64,000 bases of DNA from Patescibacteria group bacterium (GCA_042570545.1 JBHPGJ010000003.1:8214-72213); one strand, 5' to 3'; numbered from the stretch's first letter, positions 1 through 8,900 are shown. Program-made: numbers and translations. The notes: generated by a model not told the origin, from the letters alone.

Positions 1-1810
1 CTGGCTGACCAGGCTGACCATACATAGCTTGACCGATCTTTTGGACTACAGTATTTAATTCATTAGTCGCCGAATCAATAGCAGCTTTATCATCACTATC
101 TTTCACCTTTTTTACCGCTTCAACTTTTTCTTGAATTTCTTTCTTAGTTTTATCATCTACTTTACTGCCGGCATCTTTTAGGGCTTTCTCGGTAGAATAA
201 ATCAAAGTATCGGCATTATTACGAGCATCGATCAGCTCCCGTTTTTTCTTATCCTCAGTAGCGTGGGCTTCGGCATCCTTTTTCATATTATTAACCTCAT
301 CTTCTGACAGGGCCGTTGAGGCTTGTATGGTAATCGTCTGCTCCTTACCAGTACCTTTGTCTTTGGCTTTGACATTGAGGATACCATTGGCATCGATATC
401 AAAGGTAACTTCGATTTGCGGCACACCGCGCGGAGCGGGCGGGATCCCCTCAAGCATGAAACGGCCTAAAGTTTTGTTATCATTGGCCATTTCCCGCTCA
501 CCTTGGAGTACGTGAATCTCTACTGAGGGCTGGTTGTCACCCGCCGTGGAGAATACTTGCTGTTTAGAGGTTGGAATAGTAGTATTGCGCTCAATCAATG
601 GAGTACGCACCCCACCCAACGTTTCTAAGCCCAAGGTCAACGGAGTAACATCAAGTAGTAAGACATCTTTAACATCACCTTGCAACACACCAGCCTGTAC
701 GGCGGCGCCCAGGGCTACTACTTCATCGGGATTGATGCCAACGTGCGGTTTTTTGCCAAAGAATTCTTCAACTTTTTTCTGGACTAGCGGCATTCGTGTC
801 TGTCCGCCTACTAGTAATACTTCATTTACATCTGACGGCTTCATACCAGCATCGTCTAAGGCTTTTTTAACCGGGTCAAAGGTCTTGTCGATCATATCAC
901 CGACTAGTTCTTCTAGCTTAGCTCTAGTTAGGGTCAATTGCATGTGTTTGGGACCATCATCATCAGTGGTGATAAAGGGCTGATTGATTTCTGTTTCCGC
1001 AGTAGTTGATAATTCGTGCTTAGCCTTCTCGGCTGCTTCTTTCAAACGCTGGAGAGCTAGATTGTCTTTAGACAAATCAATACCTTCCTGCTTTTTATAT
1101 TCATCTACTATCCAATCGATCAATACTTTATCCAGATCATCTCCGCCCAGATGAGTATTACCGTTGGTCGCTTTAACTTCGACGGTGTCTTCAGATACTT
1201 CAAGAATTGAAATATCAAATGTGCCACCGCCTAAATCATAGACAGCAATCTTTTCATCTTTTTTCTTGTTAAAGCCATAGGCTAGAGCGGCGGCGGTTGG
1301 TTCATTAATAATGCGTTTAACTTCAAAACCAGCTATCTTTCCGGCGTCTTTGGTAGCTTGACGCTGCGAGTCGTCAAAATAAGCCGGCACGGTGATAACA
1401 GCTTCTTTAATCTCTTCACCAAGTTTTTCCTCGGCATCCGCTTTTAATTTCTGTAATATCATAGCCGAAATTTCTTGCGGTGTATACTCTTTATCCGACA
1501 TTTTTACTTTTACTCCCTCACCCGCTTGATTGATGGTAAAAGGGAAAAGCTTGATATCACGCTGGACTTCATCATCCGAGTGACGTCGGCCGATCAAACG
1601 CTTGAGGGAAAACAAAGTGTTTTCAGCATTTGTTACGGCTTGCCGTTTAGCTAACAATCCAGCTAGACGCTCCCCTTTCTTATTGACGGCTACTATTGAA
1701 GGAGTTGTACGATTACCCTCTTTATTTTCTAAGATCTTAGGCTCACCACCTTCGATTATAGCCATAGCCGAGTTAGTTGTGCCTAGATCTATTCCTAATA
1801 TCTTACCCAT
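1..1810 (-). CDS. dnaK: Molecular chaperone DnaK (Hsp70); 3' end runs off the window
   Basis: Reverse-strand translation from ATG at 1810: [38 protein letters not shown]..., with [13 protein letters not shown] and the [20 protein letters not shown] motif. Missing from the ORF track because it is truncated by the window edge. Confidence 0.98.
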   Translation of the reverse strand, partial: MGKILGIDLGTTNSAMAIIEGGEPKILENKEGNRTTPSIVAVNKKGERLAGLLAKRQAVTNAENTLFSLKRLIGRRHSDDEVQRDIKLFPFTINQAGEGVKVKMSDKEYTPQEISAMILQKLKADAEEKLGEEIKEAVITVPAYFDDSQRQATKDAGKIAGFEVKRIINEPTAAALAYGFNKKKDEKIAVYDLGGGTFDISILEVSEDTVEVKATNGNTHLGGDDLDKVLIDWIVDEYKKQEGIDLSKDNLALQRLKEAAEKAKHELSTTAETEINQPFITTDDDGPKHMQLTLTRAKLEELVGDMIDKTFDPVKKALDDAGMKPSDVNEVLLVGGQTRMPLVQKKVEEFFGKKPHVGINPDEVVALGAAVQAGVLQGDVKDVLLLDVTPLTLGLETLGGVRTPLIERNTTIPTSKQQVFSTAGDNQPSVEIHVLQGEREMANDNKTLGRFMLEGIPPAPRGVPQIEVTFDIDANGILNVKAKDKGTGKEQTITIQASTALSEDEVNNMKKDAEAHATEDKKKRELIDARNNADTLIYSTEKALKDAGSKVDDKTKKEIQEKVEAVKKVKDSDDKAAIDSATNELNTVVQKIGQAMYGQPGQP

Positions 1811-1847
1811 ATATTTGATTAAATTTATTCCTTAATTAATAAATAAT

Positions 1848-2180
1848 TTATTTAATAAAATTATCGATAGCGTTTGGTTCAGTCATTATCTCGTGGATAT
1901 CCATTACATCATCATCAGTAACATCATCAGCGCCGTCTAAGCCGATAATTTCTTCAGCCGATAAGTCGGTAATAACACCAGAAGCTTTAAGACCAAGCGG
2001 ATTCATCGACAAGACGGATACCACTCCTGAGCCGCAGTGCGAGCACTGGATAAATGTTAAGACTTGCTGATCTTTTTCGCCCAGTACTCTGACATTCTGA
2101 AAATTATAGGCAGTACTGCACACCGGACATCGTCCGTTTAATCGCATATTGAAACTGTTTGGATTTTGAAAGCGTTGCAT
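1848..2180 (-). CDS. Zinc-ribbon hypothetical protein
   Basis: CPVC...CSHC pairs and an acidic C-terminus; co-oriented 37 bp upstream of dnaK. Confidence 0.75.
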   Translation of the reverse strand: MQRFQNPNSFNMRLNGRCPVCSTAYNFQNVRVLGEKDQQVLTFIQCSHCGSGVVSVLSMNPLGLKASGVITDLSAEEIIGLDGADDVTDDDVMDIHEIMTEPNAIDNFIK

Positions 2181-2192
2181 ACGTTATTTAGT

Positions 2193-2221
2193 TTGACAAA
2201 ATGTTTTAATTATGGTTTACT
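2193..2221 (+). promoter_or_regulatory. Putative sigma70 promoter for the 2276 ORF
   Basis: TTGACA (2193-2198), 17 bp spacer, TGG-TTTACT (2216-2221). Confidence 0.5.
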
Positions 2222-2275
2222 ACCGCTATAAATCGTTCCCGCGGTCTTTAACTTCTCACCGCGAGGGGGTGCACC

Positions 2276-2701
2276 TTGCATTTGAAGATCGCCAACATAT
2301 CAGTTGTCCGCCCCAAGATACGCGTGAAGCTTTTGCTTTGCACCATGGCCATGATCATCCCTGGCCTCGCATTTCTCTACTTCCTCCGGTCTTCTGACCA
2401 TGCTGCCACCTTCATCTTTCACGGGTATCTGATCTGCCTTGCGGGTTACGTTTGCCTTCGGGCTAAGAAAATCACCGCTGAAAACACGTTGGACATACCC
2501 TGGTACGAAAGTACCTATCTCGTAGGAGGTTACATTGCCCTAGTGTTACTGATCATCAACCTGTTGCTGTCTGCAGCCAATCACACTTTGGGTTTTGCCC
2601 TGCTGATCCTGCTGGCCGATGTTTTCTATCTGGCCATCACCATGTTCACCATTTCCTACGCGTTCTATGCGCGTGAAGATCACTTAGCACGGGATACTTA
2701 A
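2276..2701 (+). CDS. Hypothetical 4-TM membrane protein (GC-rich)
   Basis: 141-aa ORF with four hydrophobic segments; GAGGGGGTG SD before the TTG start; own terminator downstream. Confidence 0.7.
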   Translation: MHLKIANISVVRPKIRVKLLLCTMAMIIPGLAFLYFLRSSDHAATFIFHGYLICLAGYVCLRAKKITAENTLDIPWYESTYLVGGYIALVLLIINLLLSAANHTLGFALLILLADVFYLAITMFTISYAFYAREDHLARDT

Positions 2702-2729
2702 CCCAGCGTCACGATGCGTGCGGCGCCCC

Positions 2730-2768
2730 AGCCTTCATTATGCTTCGGCAGAAGAAGGCTTTATTTTA
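2730..2768 (+). terminator. Intrinsic terminator
   Basis: AGCCTTC...GAAGGCT stem with inner TGC-TTCG-GCA tetraloop, followed by TTATTTT. Confidence 0.7.
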
Positions 2769-2888
2769 TTCGTAGAAAGTACATATTCCTGGGGCAGTCG
2801 CGCGGTTATGATTTTTAAACTGGCAATTTTAACCGTGGGACTGCCCCAAGTCTCAAATCATATAGAACAAGTTTGAGAGACTTGGGAG

Positions 2889-3299
2889 CTATTTATCAAT
2901 CTGGACAGAAATTTTCTTTGGCTTGGCTTCTTCCTTTTTGGGAATAGTGATTTTTAAAACACCATCGGTAAATTTGGCATCGGCCTTGTCGCCGGCAACG
3001 GCTTTGGGCAGCGATACGGCCCGGTAGAATGAACCAGAACGTATCTCTTTGCGGTAGTAGCTTTTCTCATCTACTTCTGATTTTTTCTCCGTTTTTCCGG
3101 AAAGTGTCAGAACGTTGTCTTCGATCTCGATATCAACATCTTCTGGCTTGATACCGGCTAGGGGCGTCTCGACAATGACATTATCATGATCTTCATAGAC
3201 ATCTATGGCCGGAGTAAACGATACCATTTTGTCGGGTACATCGAAGAATTCTTCCATATCGGGCCACATCATACGCGGTGACCTTTTAATAAGTGACAT
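2889..3299 (-). CDS. Small heat-shock protein Hsp20/alpha-crystallin
   Basis: PAIDVYED...LAGIKPEDVDIEIEDNVLTLSG...EIRSGSFYRAVSLP...AKFTDGVLKITIPK. Confidence 0.95.
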   Translation of the reverse strand: MSLIKRSPRMMWPDMEEFFDVPDKMVSFTPAIDVYEDHDNVIVETPLAGIKPEDVDIEIEDNVLTLSGKTEKKSEVDEKSYYRKEIRSGSFYRAVSLPKAVAGDKADAKFTDGVLKITIPKKEEAKPKKISVQIDK

Positions 3300-3300
3300 A

Positions 3301-3834
3301 TTATTTTACACCTCCTTCTTTATTATCTTCTCTTTTCTTTGATTCAGCAGCAACAATGACTTTGGCTGCTTGAATTATGTTTTCTTGCATTTGATAGCCC
3401 GGCTCAACTACTCCGATAATATCATTCGGTTTATGCTTATCTGACGGCCGGTGCTCGACGGCTTCATGAAACCATGGATTAAAATGCTTGGTTTCGACTT
3501 CTTTAATATTTAAATTACTTAACATATCGTCTAGCTGTTTCTTGATAGCAATAATACCCTTGACCCAGTCTTTTTCTTTCTCGTTTTCGGGGATATGTTC
3601 GGCAGCACGTTTAAAATTAGTATGCAGCGGTAGAAAGTCCAAGATCATGGCAACGGTAGCAAATTTAGCCAGTTCTTCTTTTTCTTTTTCTACCTGCTTC
3701 TTATAATTTAGATAATCAGCCTTGGCTCGCTGCCAGCCGGCCAGATATTCATCGGCTTTTTTCTTTAAAGCGGTAAATTCGTTATCACTGGTTGATTGGG
3801 TTTGAACTTCGTCTTCCTTTTTATCTTTGGTCAT
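3301..3834 (-). CDS. grpE: Nucleotide exchange factor GrpE
   Basis: WQRAKADYLNYKK, FNPWFHEAV and PGYQM...AAKVIV motifs; between hrcA and dnaK. Confidence 0.95.
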   Translation of the reverse strand: MTKDKKEDEVQTQSTSDNEFTALKKKADEYLAGWQRAKADYLNYKKQVEKEKEELAKFATVAMILDFLPLHTNFKRAAEHIPENEKEKDWVKGIIAIKKQLDDMLSNLNIKEVETKHFNPWFHEAVEHRPSDKHKPNDIIGVVEPGYQMQENIIQAAKVIVAAESKKREDNKEGGVK

Positions 3835-3842
3835 TAATATTT

Positions 3843-4529
3843 TTATAATTTAGTTACTAATTGTTTGGAATAAATAAGTAGAGCGTGGTGATGCTGATAA
3901 TCCTGCCGGATGGGACCAAGAATGCCCATTAATCCGCGTTTGCTTTTGGTAGCTATAAAACCACATTGAACGCCAAAAGGATTTTCTTTACCAATAAATA
4001 CCTCTACCTGGTTATCTATCTTTTCAAACAGCTCTTCCACTACCTCGTCTAAATGATCTATAACATCAGACAGCTCATAAATTATTTCCTGTTGGGCAAA
4101 CTCTGGCTGACGGAATAGATTAGCAATGCCCGTGTAGAAATTATCATTAGGATTGAAGCTGAAGATCACCGTCTGCTTGGACATTATTGCCATTTCTTTG
4201 GCCATTTCTTTTATCGACTGATTGATCTCTGTCCCCCGTTTCAACGCGTCAGCTAATTGTTTTTCCATTGATTTTGCTAATGCCGCTTCCTTCATTCCAG
4301 AATCAAGATAGAATTTCCAGGCTTTTTCTGTCGGTAAACGGCCAGCCGAAGTATGCGGCTGATAAAGATAACCTTGTTTATCCAAATCCATCATTTCGTT
4401 GCGGATGGTAGCTGGAGAAACTTTAACGTTGTACTTATCAACAATCACAGATGAACCAACGGGCTGGGCTTCTCGGATATGTTCGCGAATAATAGTTGTT
4501 AAAAGCTCCTTTTTGCGGTCAGTTAGCAT
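3843..4529 (-). CDS. hrcA: Heat-inducible transcription repressor HrcA (short form)
   Basis: PVGSS...SPATIRNEM...QPHTSAGRLPT and GILGPIRQDY motifs; CIRCE directly upstream. Confidence 0.95.
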   Translation of the reverse strand: MLTDRKKELLTTIIREHIREAQPVGSSVIVDKYNVKVSPATIRNEMMDLDKQGYLYQPHTSAGRLPTEKAWKFYLDSGMKEAALAKSMEKQLADALKRGTEINQSIKEMAKEMAIMSKQTVIFSFNPNDNFYTGIANLFRQPEFAQQEIIYELSDVIDHLDEVVEELFEKIDNQVEVFIGKENPFGVQCGFIATKSKRGLMGILGPIRQDYQHHHALLIYSKQLVTKL

Positions 4530-4566
4530 ATTTTTGCCTATGTTTAATACAGCTTATGGCTACTAA

Positions 4567-4593
4567 TTAGCACTCTATCATTGAGAGTGCTAA
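4567..4593. promoter_or_regulatory. CIRCE element (HrcA operator)
   Basis: Perfect TTAGCACTC-N9-GAGTGCTAA. Confidence 0.97.
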
Positions 4594-4596
4594 TGT

Positions 4597-4625
4597 ATTA
4601 TATATACCCATATATTTAGTGTCAA
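4597..4625 (-). promoter_or_regulatory. Consensus sigma70 promoter of the hrcA operon
   Basis: Minus strand TTGACA (4625-4620), 17 bp spacer, TATAAT (4602-4597), immediately upstream of CIRCE. Confidence 0.9.
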
Positions 4626-4751
4626 ATTATTGTATCAGGGTATGAATTATTGAAGAAGAATACCCGTTACCCATAAGTAAATATTTATCATATGCTAGCT
4701 TAAAACCGACCTCCTGATAGACTCCTATCTTAACTAAGGTATATATAATTT

Positions 4752-5663
4752 TTATCCAGCGGTTCCTTGTGATACAGCGTTGAGGACAAAGTCGATAAAT
4801 ATCCAACTTAAAACGACTAATACAATGCCAATGGTAGCATATAACAATGTACTTTTACCAACTCTTATTTTTTCCTGATTACCGCCAGATAAGATCCAGG
4901 TAAAGCCACCCCAGACGAACATAAAGGTTCCAAAAACTCCTAGCACGCCAAGAGCAATACGGATTATATTGGTCATTACGCACTTTATATCATCGCAACC
5001 TGCCGGATTAGGTATGGTGGCCGTCCTAGAAAAAAGATAAGCTGAGGTGCTGGCTTCAGCGGCAGTCATGGGCACGGACAAGCCCGGGACATTGACCCCA
5101 TCACAACCAGAATTAGACATAGTGGACAGGTGGGTATGACCATCGTGGATATCAATATATTTAGCTTTGCCGTGACAGGCACCGCTCGGAAAGATCAGTG
5201 CACGAATGGCAGTGTATAACGCCGGCTCCATAGTTGGATCGTTAGCATTAAAATCAACCGCTTCGGCACCGGTAGTTCCATACCGGCCGCCATAGTGACA
5301 TGAATAAATAGCATGACAGGCGTTCGTTTGACAGGCTACGTCCATCCCGCAATCTCTTATACCGCGGGTGTAGTTGAGAGTGTCAACTTGGGGATCTATC
5401 TGATAAGTATATATTTTATTTGGGTCAATTAATGTCGGGTCGGGAATATTGGTTTGTATACAACCAATAAGACTATTGAGATCGGCTGAATTTTGGGCTG
5501 GGAATGGTACCCCGTACTGCGCCGCCAGCAAACTAGGATCATTACAAACGGCTTGCGCCAGCTTATAGCTGTCACCTTCGGCAGCTATAGTTTCTGTTGG
5601 GACAACAACCAGTGTAATTACAGTTAAAACACCAAACAATATTATTAACTTGATTTTATTCAT
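4752..5663 (-). CDS. CPR-type pilin (TrbC/VirB2-like C-terminus) with a Cys-rich N-terminal domain resembling an M15/LAS Zn-peptidase
   Basis: Signal peptide; C-terminal ...GGFTWILSGGNQEKIRVGKSTLLYATIGIVLVVLSW pilin signature; internal SCHYGG...GAEAVDF and HDGHTHLS. Confidence 0.75.
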   Translation of the reverse strand: MNKIKLIILFGVLTVITLVVVPTETIAAEGDSYKLAQAVCNDPSLLAAQYGVPFPAQNSADLNSLIGCIQTNIPDPTLIDPNKIYTYQIDPQVDTLNYTRGIRDCGMDVACQTNACHAIYSCHYGGRYGTTGAEAVDFNANDPTMEPALYTAIRALIFPSGACHGKAKYIDIHDGHTHLSTMSNSGCDGVNVPGLSVPMTAAEASTSAYLFSRTATIPNPAGCDDIKCVMTNIIRIALGVLGVFGTFMFVWGGFTWILSGGNQEKIRVGKSTLLYATIGIVLVVLSWIFIDFVLNAVSQGTAG

Positions 5664-5783
5664 ATTAACATTATATCATTTTTTGCTTACTTATTCAGCT
5701 AATAAATAATTGATACTTGCAATATCAAGAAAATTTTAATATTTATTATATTAATTAGAATAACGAGTTTAGTTCAGATACCA

Positions 5784-5812
5784 TTGACAAAACTTAATTT
5801 TTGTAATAAATT
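5784..5812 (+). promoter_or_regulatory. Putative sigma70 promoter
   Basis: TTGACA (5784-5789), 17 bp spacer, TAAATT (5807-5812); AAGGAGG SD at 5857-5863. Confidence 0.6.
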
Positions 5813-5869
5813 CATTGGCTACATTTGAAGTTCGATAACAATTCACTCTTGCCTTAAAGGAGGCTAATT

Positions 5870-6628
5870 ATGAGCACCAGTCGAGTGATTGGTCTGGTGG
5901 TGGCGCTAGTTACGGCCGCTGCCAATTGGTTGGTTTTTTACTGGGTAGCCGTCAAATTTGGTAGCCCGGCGCCTGAGTTCATCGCTTGGATCGTTCTCCT
6001 GTCGGTCGTACTGCATGAGATCGGCCACCTGATCGTACTGGAGGCTAACGGTATCAAGACCTACCTGGTTTTTCTCGTCATCCTCGGTGGTGCCATACCT
6101 GATCCCAAACATAAAGACAAATACCTTGGCCTACCGCATCACACCCTGGCCCAGATATACTTGGCCGGTGTTACCCTGAATCTACTGATGGTGCTGGGCT
6201 CAGTAGTACTGTACTGGCTGGGTGATATCTCAGCTCGAGAGCTTGGCCAGATCACCAACCTCAGCGGCATCATGATCCTCTTCAACCTCTTGCCCATCTG
6301 GATCTTCGACGGTGGACGGTTTGCTAAGATATTCTTTGACAGCTCGCCGGAGGACAAGGATACGGGTTACGTGATCAAATTCACCGCCATCATCGGCGTC
6401 GTCTTCTTCCTTCTGACCCTACTGACGGAGTACAGCTTCATCTTCTCACTGCTGCTGCTCTTCTGGGGGTTGCATTTCCGAGCCAATCACGACGATCCTA
6501 TGGGCAGCCACAGTAAGCAGGCCATGTCTAAGAAACAGCTCAAAGGCTGGGCCTACTACTACGCCGCCCTGATGATACTGGCCGCCTACTTTATGGCCTC
6601 AACTGATAAGTGGTACATCAGCGGCTGA
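5870..6628 (+). CDS. Site-2 protease family (M50) intramembrane metalloprotease
   Basis: HEIGH and NLLPIWIFDGG motifs in a multi-TM protein. Confidence 0.9.
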   Translation: MSTSRVIGLVVALVTAAANWLVFYWVAVKFGSPAPEFIAWIVLLSVVLHEIGHLIVLEANGIKTYLVFLVILGGAIPDPKHKDKYLGLPHHTLAQIYLAGVTLNLLMVLGSVVLYWLGDISARELGQITNLSGIMILFNLLPIWIFDGGRFAKIFFDSSPEDKDTGYVIKFTAIIGVVFFLLTLLTEYSFIFSLLLLFWGLHFRANHDDPMGSHSKQAMSKKQLKGWAYYYAALMILAAYFMASTDKWYISG

Positions 6629-6653
6629 ATAAATTTTGAAAGGAGGACGTACC

Positions 6654-6920
6654 ATGCGTGCACAACCAAAATACAGCAAAGAAGAGTTTGCCGCTATGGA
6701 GCCTCATAAGCATGTCATCGTCGACAGTGGAAATCGGACTTGGATAGTACTGATGAAGTACTCGCAAGGTGACGAGCCACCGTCGTTTCTGATGCGCTGC
6801 ACCGGCCAGAGAGCCCAGCGAATCACCTTGGACGATCAGAAAGGACTGATTGACGATGACGGTCTGCCAATACTCGAACTCAATCATCACACCGCCCGCA
6901 TCAAAGAGGTCGAGGATTAA
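6654..6920 (+). CDS. Hypothetical protein (GC-rich)
   Basis: AGGAGG (6641-6646) 7 nt before ATG 6654; followed by a terminator. Confidence 0.7.
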   Translation: MRAQPKYSKEEFAAMEPHKHVIVDSGNRTWIVLMKYSQGDEPPSFLMRCTGQRAQRITLDDQKGLIDDDGLPILELNHHTARIKEVED

Positions 6921-6945
6921 ATCATGTAGCTTTGCACACCCAACC

Positions 6946-6985
6946 GGGAGCAGATCATATCAGGTCTGCTCCTACTTATTTTTAT
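6946..6985 (+). terminator. Intrinsic terminator
   Basis: GGGAGCAGATC...GGTCTGCTCCT stem, then ACTTATTTTT. Confidence 0.7.
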
Positions 6986-6996
6986 TTATATTCCAC

Positions 6997-7704
6997 TTAT
7001 AAATCTAGCAAGGCGCTCCAGCCTTGTCTTGAACGGCTGACCTCAGCCGGAAAAGTACCTTTAAATTTTGACACTCCTTCATGTATCTCGTAGTTCTTCA
7101 TGGTAAAGCCGGGTATTTCATTCATCAGTTCATTGATCTTATCTTCGAAAAATTCCTCCGCCTGTTCTTGATAATTTTCGGGTACGGTAAATATGCCTAA
7201 TTTGGCCTGGTCAATCTCTAGATCAATTGTATTGGTTGCTACTTGATCGACCATCACTTTTACATAAACCGGAGCTTTGATATACCGATTCAACATAGTA
7301 GAAATTTCCAGTCCCCCTTCTATTTTTTTAACTTGAACATCAGAAAAGATCGGGTCATCGCCCTCAAAGCGCTGCAGCCAGGAAGTGATCTCTTCATTAT
7401 TAGTACTAGTATCAACTTCTAATGTGCCGCTGAACAAATCATCAGCCCCGCTGGCATAATCGGCCGGGTCGCCGACAATTTTCATTGGTATCTTTTTCTT
7501 AATACTGGCCAAATCTTCAGCGCTGGTTTCGACACCCAGATCTTTTGGCTTATTCATACCAAAGACGGCCGAGATGCCAGGTATAGAATAAAGGCCAGTA
7601 GCACCAATGCCTATTATCAATACTAACAACACCGCAACAATAATTATAATCGCCAACCTTAAGCGATGTCTTTTTTTGGGGACTTCTTTTTTCTCTTCTT
7701 CCAT
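6997..7704 (-). CDS. Membrane-anchored hypothetical protein (paralog of 7729-8448)
   Basis: Basic N-terminus plus TM; TGLYSIPGISAVFGMNKPKDLGVE aligns with the neighbouring protein. Confidence 0.8.
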   Translation of the reverse strand: MEEEKKEVPKKRHRLRLAIIIIVAVLLVLIIGIGATGLYSIPGISAVFGMNKPKDLGVETSAEDLASIKKKIPMKIVGDPADYASGADDLFSGTLEVDTSTNNEEITSWLQRFEGDDPIFSDVQVKKIEGGLEISTMLNRYIKAPVYVKVMVDQVATNTIDLEIDQAKLGIFTVPENYQEQAEEFFEDKINELMNEIPGFTMKNYEIHEGVSKFKGTFPAEVSRSRQGWSALLDL

Positions 7705-7728
7705 TTATTAAAGATATTAGAATAATGA

Positions 7729-8448
7729 TTACTCTACTAATTCAATTGTCTCTGGATAGGTGCCTTTAAAATCAACGAAGTTATCTTTAAAAATCAGTCG
7801 TTCGATGCTAAAACCTTCCACCAAACTCATACGATCACTTACCAACTCAGTGGCTGCTTCTTCAAATTGCTGGACAAAATTCTGAGGAATTGGTAGGCGA
7901 CCAATCTTGATCTGTTTGACGTCAAAAGACAAGGTCTTGTCCTTTGTCGTGGTAATATCCGATTTTATGTATATGGGCGAACTGATAAATTCATTTAATT
8001 TAAACGAGGCCTCAGCTCCGCCGTCATAAAATCTAACCTGAATACTTTCAAATACACCTGAGTTTTGAAAACGATCATTTACAAATGAAGAAAATTCTTC
8101 TGAAGTAACATCATTGGTGACCGGAACTGAACCGGTATAAACTCTATCAACCTCTAAGGGCGAGGTCGATGGTGGCGTGGGCAACTCTGATAATTTCCAG
8201 GGAGTTTTGGCCAGACCCGACGTGATCGCCTCATCACTTATCTCAACGCCCAGATCTATCGGCTTATGACTGCCGAATAAGTGAGTTAGCCCGGGAATAT
8301 TGAATAACCCGGTATAGCCGATAGCTAACAATGGCAAGATGACAAAAATAAAGAGGATAATTGATATCCATATCCATTTTTTCTTGCTTTTCTTTTTTGG
8401 TTTTTCCTCCTCTGGTTTATCTGGTTTGGATTCTGACTGTTCGTCCAT
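7729..8448 (-). CDS. Membrane-anchored hypothetical protein (paralog of 6997-7704)
   Basis: TGLFNIPGLTHLFGSHKPIDLGVE...FKGTYPE, same architecture as the neighbour. Confidence 0.8.
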   Translation of the reverse strand: MDEQSESKPDKPEEEKPKKKSKKKWIWISIILFIFVILPLLAIGYTGLFNIPGLTHLFGSHKPIDLGVEISDEAITSGLAKTPWKLSELPTPPSTSPLEVDRVYTGSVPVTNDVTSEEFSSFVNDRFQNSGVFESIQVRFYDGGAEASFKLNEFISSPIYIKSDITTTKDKTLSFDVKQIKIGRLPIPQNFVQQFEEAATELVSDRMSLVEGFSIERLIFKDNFVDFKGTYPETIELVE

Positions 8449-8521
8449 ATCAATAATTTAATGATAATTACTAGGTCATTCTACTCTAATCCTAACTATT
8501 AAATCAAGCTAGAAATAACTA

Positions 8522-8549
8522 TTGACAAAATATTTTGTGGGTATAGAAT
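8522..8549 (+). promoter_or_regulatory. Putative sigma70 promoter for the ncRNA candidate
   Basis: TTGACA (8522-8527), 16 bp spacer, TAGAAT (8544-8549). Confidence 0.6.
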
Positions 8550-8579
8550 ACAGGCTCCTAAATCAATCTTGCGTTCTTT

Positions 8580-8824
8580 TTGGTCTTGTCGGATAGCTTG
8601 TTCTGTTTGCTCTCACACCGCCGTTGATCTGGCTGCCGGTGAACAAGAAAGATGTGCCGGCTAAATTCATAGCTCAGTAGGCAAAAATCCTTAAGGTGAG
8701 CGTTCTCTTACGAACTAGCAGCAAACTCGTCTGGGTTGATGTCGACTCAACTCTCTCCGAGTATAGGGGCAACAGATCGCCCCTTCATGGACGAACCAGC
8801 TAAGCTGCCTTCCCACAAGACCAA
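8580..8824 (+). ncRNA. Unassigned structured non-coding RNA candidate (~245 nt)
   Basis: 5'/3' closing helix TTGGTCTTGT/ACAAGACCAA plus several internal helices containing G-U pairs on the + strand; flanked by a promoter and a terminator; no credible ORF. Confidence 0.6.
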
Positions 8825-8832
8825 TGTCTTAC

Positions 8833-8866
8833 GCCTCTCTCTCATCGGACAGAGAGGCTTTATTTT
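8833..8866 (+). terminator. Intrinsic terminator
   Basis: GCCTCTCT...AGAGAGGC followed by TTTATTTTT. Confidence 0.75.
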
Positions 8867-8872
8867 TATATT

Positions 8873-8900
8873 AAAGGACCCCATATCGCTATGAGGTCCC
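8873..8900 (-). terminator. Probable terminator of the dsbA operon
   Basis: Minus strand GGACCTCATA-GCGA-TATGGGGTCC-TTT hairpin. Confidence 0.55.

Noticed and set aside
327-1835. Plus-strand ORFs 327-515, 534-983 and 1602-1835
   Set aside because: They are antisense shadows of dnaK. The same applies to the many short opposite-strand ORFs over the ATPase, dnaB, tuf, fusA and r-protein genes.
4630-4750. AGGAGG and a 21-codon ORF on the minus strand upstream of the hrcA promoter
   Set aside because: The SD-to-ATG spacing is far too long and the peptide is featureless.
8580-8824. Identity of the structured RNA as RNase P RNA, tmRNA or SRP RNA
   Set aside because: I found no GAGGAAAGUCC-type P4 motif, no tRNA-like ends or tag ORF, and no SRP domain IV motif on either strand. 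Left unassigned.
8739-8894. ~51-codon ORF within the ncRNA candidate
   Set aside because: It has no SD, starts mid-structure and runs through the terminator.
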